From NCBI GenBank assembly GCA_008932965.1, contig WBXG01000055.1, positions 1-11,931 on the forward strand: 11,931 nucleotides of DNA, read 5' to 3'. Origin of the DNA: Verrucomicrobiota bacterium (GTDB taxonomy: Bacteria; Verrucomicrobiota; Verrucomicrobiia; Chthoniobacterales; UBA6821). The position numbers and the translations under genes were made by a program. Below are positions 7,627-11,931 of this stretch, piece by piece. Within the stretch, counting starts at the first letter, position 1, and each line of letters starts with the position of its first letter. The notes beneath the pieces are model-generated. The model searched no databases. It saw only the letters and a program-made list of their open reading frames with translations, and was not told the DNA's origin.

Positions 7627-7890
7627 TTATCTAGCCCGGTTACTCTCTATCCATTCGAAAGCCTTATCAAAACTGCGTCGATCCAAGTAATGTCGTAGCT
7701 GAGGATCGATTTCTGATTTTGGAAGAGCAGCAATAGACTTATCAATAGCTTCTGAGGCCTCCTCTAACTTTTTTAAATGGGCCGCTGGATATCGATCACG
7801 AAGTTCATGATCGGCAATGGTGCTGAGGCGAGAACGTAAGGCGCTGGCAAGCTGATCTAAAGCCGAAAGATGAGGTCTCCTGTTGTTCAT
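7627..7890 (-). CDS. hypothetical small helical protein, translationally abutting smc
   Basis: 87-aa ORF whose ATG (7890-7888) directly follows the smc TAG stop (7893-7891). The predicted product is charged and helix-prone (..LKKLEEASEAIDKSIAAL.., ..RHYLDRRSFDKAFEWIE..). I recognise no family. The coding call rests on the ORF length, the absence of competing ORFs and the tight junction in a co-directional operon. Confidence 0.55.
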   Translation of the reverse strand: MNNRRPHLSALDQLASALRSRLSTIADHELRDRYPAAHLKKLEEASEAIDKSIAALPKSEIDPQLRHYLDRRSFDKAFEWIESNRAR

Positions 7891-10800
7891 CTAAATATTT
7901 TTTTCAACTTCACTATTTCCATGAAATTTCATGCTCAGGAGCTTTGTCACTCCTTGCTCTTCCATTGTTACTCCATAGATCATATCAGCACGTGACATTG
8001 TCCGCTTGTTGTGTGTGATGACAAAAAATTGACTCTGATCCACAAATCGATCTAAGAGCTTAATGAAACGTCCAATGTTCGACTCATCAAGAGGGGCATC
8101 CATTTCATCAAGCACACAGAAAGGGCTCGGTTTGACCATATAGATTGCAAAAAGCAAGGCAACAGCAGTCATCGTTCTCTCTCCACCACTTAAGAGAGAG
8201 ATGCTCTGCAACTGCTTCCCAGGTGGCCTAGCAATAATCTCAATTCCACTCTCGAGTGGGTCGGTATCATCCACAAGAAGCAAGTTAGCTTTGCCTCCAC
8301 CAAAAAGCTCGGTAAACATTTCCTGAAAATTGAAACGGACCTTTTCAAAAGTTGTTGCAAAAAGTTCCCGAGTTGTCTTGTTAATACGAGAGATTGCTTC
8401 GAGCAATTCATTTTTTCCATTGATGAGATCACTATTTTGTTTCTCTAAAAATGTATAGCGCTCCTCGAGCTCTTCATACTCTGCAATAGCATCAATATTG
8501 ACTGGACCCATCGCATCGACCCGCTCGATTAATTCAGCAACCAGTCCCTCAATGCGGTCCCATGGGATCTCTTCAACCGACGTTGGGCCCTCTGGGAGTC
8601 GGTTCTCAACAGCCGCCTCAGTCACACTTAAATCAGTCGGCTTAGGGGTCTCTTCACCCTGAGTCGCATCTTCTGTTTTCTTTTCTTTCTGAGTCGTAAC
8701 AACCTTGAGCAGCATATAACGATCAGGTTCAAAGATTGTCAGATCAACTTGATAACGTCGCATCATATGATCCCGAATAGATTCACAGCGCAATCGAATT
8801 TCTGTAAGCTGAACCTCTTGCTTGGAACGACGCTCTTGTAGGTCAGAAAGATTTTTACGAATCTCTCTCAAATTTTTTTCTACAGATTCTACGTGTTCTT
8901 GGATGAGCGTTCGTTGCTTCATCCACCCGCTCATTTCTTCCTCAACCTGATCCAGCTCGTTTTTCCAGGCACCAATGCTCAGGGTCAATTCTTCCGATTC
9001 GGCAACCAGGTTTTTAATCTTAGCCTCATACTCGGTCATATCACGCTCCCTAAGACGGATAGCCTCTGCGAATTCTCGAAGCCGTGCCTCCATCGGTCCT
9101 CGCTGCTGGGTGAGCGTGCGTTGACGCTCCCGTTCAGTAGCGACACGCAAACGAATTTCAGAAAGAGCTGCCGTTGCCTCACTTTCGATTTCGCGCAGGG
9201 AGGTAATTTTACTTTGGGCAAGCGAACGCTCTTCACGAAGAGTCGTCACACCAGCAAGAACTCCCTCGAGCTCTTTTTCATGATGAAGACGTTGCTCTTC
9301 GAGTTCCTTGACCTGGTGATGAAGCGTGCTTATTTCTGCCGCAAGCATCTCAAAACGCCGTTTCATATCCTCTAATTCTCGAAGCATCAATCGCTCATCC
9401 CCCTGCGCTGTGGAGAGCAACATCTGCTGCTGAGTCAAGCCTTCACGTGCTTCCTTCAGTCGTAACAAAGCTTGATCTACCGCGGTCACTGAAGCATCTC
9501 GGGCGATGGCAAAGCCTCTTTCTTCTTCTTCAAGCGCAACGATCTCACGTTCTAAAATTACAATTTGAGAACGTCTCAATAAAGCGGAGGCAGAAACAGT
9601 TCCATCAGTTCCTCCATAAGCCACCCCGTCACACGAGATAAATTCTCCCCCACGAGTAGCAAAGGCCAAGCTGGGATAATCCTGTTTTAAACGAAAGGCT
9701 GTTTCTAAATCCTCAACAATAGCGACCCCCTCAAGCAATCGAGCCACCACAAGACGCACCGGTTCTAAGGCAGAAACAAGACTTGAGGCCCACGCAAGAG
9801 CCCCCTGCGGCAAGACCTCCGGAGGACCTTCCTTGAGATCAGAAGAGACAAAATCAGTAATCAGGAGGGCAGCTCTCCCTTGAGCCCCCGATTTCAATGC
9901 AGTCAACGCCTCCCGTGCAATCTCACTATCCTTCAAGACCACCGATCGACTTACAGCCCCAAGAGCTGCTTCCACCGCTAAAATCGAGTCGCTTGGAACC
10001 GTGATGAGGGAAGCAAGCGTTCCTAAAATCCCTGCTTGAAAAAAATCGGGCCGATCGAGTCCACGCAGGAGAGCCTGAGTTCCCTCCCCTAAGCCCTCTC
10101 CTTCCCTTTCTAGCTGACAAAGCAAGTCATGTCGCGACTGGCGCTCCGAGAGTTGTTTACTAGACTCGTTCCAATCTCGCTCGGCACGCTGACGCTCTAG
10201 TTGCGTTTTTTCATAGAGCACTTGGGCTTGTTCCTGCTCGCCTTGGGCAGAGGCAAGTCTTTCTTGAGCCTTATGAAGCGCCTGAGTGGCCGTTAAAGCA
10301 CGCTCAGTGAGGCCGGCCAAAGCTTGATCGATACTCGAGTGCTGTGACTGCAACTGTTCCAAACGTTGCTCTGCAGCATCACGACGCCCTATGGCTACAG
10401 AAATTTTTCCACGAAAATCGGCACTACGGTTTTCCACTCCATGCAACTGGTGGGCAAGGGCATCGGTGGTCCGCTCTGCCTCATGACGTTCTTGAGCAGC
10501 TTTTGCACAGCGAGCGGTTCCCTCTTGAAGTAATGCCTCCTCTGAGGAAAGGAGGGTAAGAAGTTCATGCAGCTGCGCTTCAGCCTGCTCCATCTCTTTT
10601 TCCTGCTCTCCAATACGTGCAAAAAAAAGATTCCGGTCTGCTTGAGCCCTCACAATCATCGATTGAAACTCACTCTTTCTTTCACGATGTGTTTCAATAC
10701 GATTCTCACCGGAGAAAATCCGATTACGTAAGGTTTGTACTATCCCCCGTTTCTCTTCAAGCGTGAGATCGATGCTGGTTAGCTCCTGGCGAAGTTGGGC

Positions 10801-11607
10801 AGATTTGTTCTCCTGCGTGGCGATCTCCTCTTCTTGTTCCTGGCGGACCGATACATTCTTTTCAATAGAGGCAGCAAGCTCCTGCATCTTCTCTTCGAGC
10901 TGGCAAAAATTGCGATGAGAAAAATGGGTGTCGAGCACACGAAGCTCACTCACCATATGTTGATAACGGCGTGCCTTGCCTGCCTGACGTTGCAGAGAGC
11001 CGATCTGACGTTTGACCTCCTTGATGATATCAGTAACTCGGAGTAAATTACCCTCGGTATATTCGAGCTTACGAAGAGCCTCTTTTTTTTGTGACTTGAA
11101 CTTGGTAATCCCAGCAGCCTCTTCAAAAATAGCACGCCGATCATCAGGACGGCTGCTTAAGATTTGATCGAGCTTCCCTTGCTCCATGATCGAGTAGGCA
11201 CTCCGACCAATACCAGTATCCATAAAAAGCTCATGAATATCCTTAAGCCGGCACGGAGTTCCATTCATCAAATACTCCGATTTTCCATCACGAAAAACAC
11301 GACGAGTGATACAGAGCTGGTTCCACTCGACTCCTAACTCCTTCTCACAATCGCCAAAGGTTAGCGACACCTCAGCCATATTGTGAGCCTTCCTCGAGTC
11401 TGCTCCACTAAAAATGACATCAGCCATCTCTCCACCACGAAGGGCCTTGGCTGATTGCTCTCCTAAAACCCAGCGAATCGCATCGAGGATATTGGACTTT
11501 CCGCAACCATTCGGACCTACAACTGCTGTTACCCCACGATGAAACTGCAACGCTGTTTTTGCAGCGAAGGATTTAAAACCAATAATTTCAAGAGATTCGA
11601 GATGCAT
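7891..11607 (-). CDS. smc: chromosome segregation protein SMC
   Basis: 1238-aa ORF. The N-terminal head has FKSF...GPNGCGKSNILDAIRWVLGEQSAK (Walker A) and RPDDRRAIFEEAAGITKFK. Long heptad-rich coiled coils follow, with a central hinge (GILGTLASLITVP...AVEAALG). The C-terminal head has LSGGERTMTAVALLFAI (signature motif) and CVLDEMDAPLD (Walker B). Confidence 0.96.
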   Translation of the reverse strand: MHLESLEIIGFKSFAAKTALQFHRGVTAVVGPNGCGKSNILDAIRWVLGEQSAKALRGGEMADVIFSGADSRKAHNMAEVSLTFGDCEKELGVEWNQLCITRRVFRDGKSEYLMNGTPCRLKDIHELFMDTGIGRSAYSIMEQGKLDQILSSRPDDRRAIFEEAAGITKFKSQKKEALRKLEYTEGNLLRVTDIIKEVKRQIGSLQRQAGKARRYQHMVSELRVLDTHFSHRNFCQLEEKMQELAASIEKNVSVRQEQEEEIATQENKSAQLRQELTSIDLTLEEKRGIVQTLRNRIFSGENRIETHRERKSEFQSMIVRAQADRNLFFARIGEQEKEMEQAEAQLHELLTLLSSEEALLQEGTARCAKAAQERHEAERTTDALAHQLHGVENRSADFRGKISVAIGRRDAAEQRLEQLQSQHSSIDQALAGLTERALTATQALHKAQERLASAQGEQEQAQVLYEKTQLERQRAERDWNESSKQLSERQSRHDLLCQLEREGEGLGEGTQALLRGLDRPDFFQAGILGTLASLITVPSDSILAVEAALGAVSRSVVLKDSEIAREALTALKSGAQGRAALLITDFVSSDLKEGPPEVLPQGALAWASSLVSALEPVRLVVARLLEGVAIVEDLETAFRLKQDYPSLAFATRGGEFISCDGVAYGGTDGTVSASALLRRSQIVILEREIVALEEEERGFAIARDASVTAVDQALLRLKEAREGLTQQQMLLSTAQGDERLMLRELEDMKRRFEMLAAEISTLHHQVKELEEQRLHHEKELEGVLAGVTTLREERSLAQSKITSLREIESEATAALSEIRLRVATERERQRTLTQQRGPMEARLREFAEAIRLRERDMTEYEAKIKNLVAESEELTLSIGAWKNELDQVEEEMSGWMKQRTLIQEHVESVEKNLREIRKNLSDLQERRSKQEVQLTEIRLRCESIRDHMMRRYQVDLTIFEPDRYMLLKVVTTQKEKKTEDATQGEETPKPTDLSVTEAAVENRLPEGPTSVEEIPWDRIEGLVAELIERVDAMGPVNIDAIAEYEELEERYTFLEKQNSDLINGKNELLEAISRINKTTRELFATTFEKVRFNFQEMFTELFGGGKANLLLVDDTDPLESGIEIIARPPGKQLQSISLLSGGERTMTAVALLFAIYMVKPSPFCVLDEMDAPLDESNIGRFIKLLDRFVDQSQFFVITHNKRTMSRADMIYGVTMEEQGVTKLLSMKFHGNSEVEKNI

Positions 11608-11776
11608 GAAAGCCTGCTAACCTACGTGGAGAGCAGAGGAGAGTGCAAATGAAAAGTGAATGATGAGATTTCTGTATGACCATCTTGAGAAGCATAGATG
11701 AGTCCCGTGATTCCGGTGTGTTGATCTCGTAGCAAATAATTTGCTCTCCCTTGTTTTTTGACCTATCACTTTTAGC

Positions 11777-11931
11777 CCGGATATTTCATACTGAAGTGTC
11801 ATGAGGTGCCGTGCAAAGCTTATTAGTACAAGGCGGGCGAAGGATTGGGATGCCGGGCTGTATGTCTCATACTGCCCAAATCACAATTCGAGACCAACGC
11901 AGTAATGAGGAGCTTTCCACAAGCCGTAATA
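11777..11931 (+). repeat. intergenic palindromic repeat element, copy C (divergent; right end beyond window)
   Basis: It shares an identical 19-nt left end CCCGGATATTTCATACTGA (11776-11794 = 4002-4020). Other shared blocks are CAAGGCGGGCGA (11829-11840 vs 4053-4064), GGCTGTATG (11856-11864), TACTGCCC (11870-11877), TTCGAGA (11887-11893) and CAACGCAGTA (11895-11904), all at nearly the same offsets as in copy B. The intervening sequence differs. Confidence 0.85.
11855..11877 (+). other. apical hairpin of repeat copy C (GGGCTGTATG-tct-CATACTGCCC)
   Basis: This is a 10-position stem with 9 Watson-Crick pairs and the same T/T mismatch (11859/11873), with a 3-nt loop. It is flanked by a second helix, ATTGGGAT (11844-11851) with ATCACAAT (11880-11887), pairing at 7/8 positions. 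Confidence 0.7.

Noticed and set aside
10621-10628. Homopolymer runs inside coding regions: A8 at 10621-10628 in smc (T8 on the coding strand) and C8 at 278-285 in kamA (G8 encoding the GGGG of the PLP motif). I considered them as possible slipped-strand phase-variation sites.
   Set aside because: Both encode conserved residues in essential or catalytic regions (LFF, GGGG). Housekeeping genes are not plausible contingency loci, and the run lengths are modest.
7891-11607. The SMC-like ATPase as part of a defence system (Wadjet JetC, Lamassu LmuB, or MukB/MksB-like).
   Set aside because: It has the full canonical SMC architecture and motifs, including the hinge. Its neighbours are secDF and hldD, not kleisin, nuclease or JetABD-type partners.
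11731-11759. A plus-strand hairpin AGCAAA-taa-TTTGCT is followed by ctcccttgTTTTTT just upstream of copy C, as a possible rho-independent terminator. A T8 run at 3969-3976 similarly lies upstream of copy B.
   Set aside because: The stem is only 6 bp and AT-rich, and the T-tract is separated from it by 8 nt. There is no evident plus-strand gene to terminate. The resemblance between the two upstream flanks may just reflect AT-rich spacers.
11617-11802. A 61-aa minus-strand ORF upstream of smc.
   Set aside because: It starts inside the left terminal repeat of copy C and runs through the smc leader. The peptide has no recognisable features and looks compositionally random, so it is probably spurious.

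Overview
All seven convincing genes lie on the minus strand, and all have ordinary housekeeping or metabolic identities. In transcription order they are smc (11607->7891), an abutting 87-aa ORF, a secDF fusion, hldD/rfaD, alsS, alsD and a KamA-family radical-SAM aminomutase. I see no rRNA, tRNA, CRISPR array, transposase, integrase or recognisable defence gene. The listed plus-strand and nested ORFs look like antisense or frame artefacts.

The one thing standard annotation does not explain is an intergenic palindromic repeat family of about 174 bp, present three times in the same orientation:
- 1-155, with its left end cut by the window.
- 4003-4176, complete, with perfect 14-bp terminal inverted repeats CCGGATATTTCATA / TATGAAATATCCGG.
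- 11777-11931, divergent, with its right end cut by the window.

The copies sit at transcription-unit boundaries. Each folds into a long imperfect hairpin. They share an apical hairpin with an invariant T-T mismatch and conserved blocks (CAAGGCGRGCGA, GGCTGTATG, TACTGCCC, TTCGAGAYCAACGCAGTA). Other stem segments differ in sequence but stay complementary. This fits either a REP/MITE-like element or a multi-copy structured ncRNA; I cannot name a known family from memory. Two copies directly bracket the alsS-alsD-kamA block.

The rest of the window looks ordinary. Composition (mid-40s % GC by eye), a fused SecDF and mostly Shine-Dalgarno-less leaders hint at a PVC/Verrucomicrobia-like or similar lineage, but that is a weak guess.
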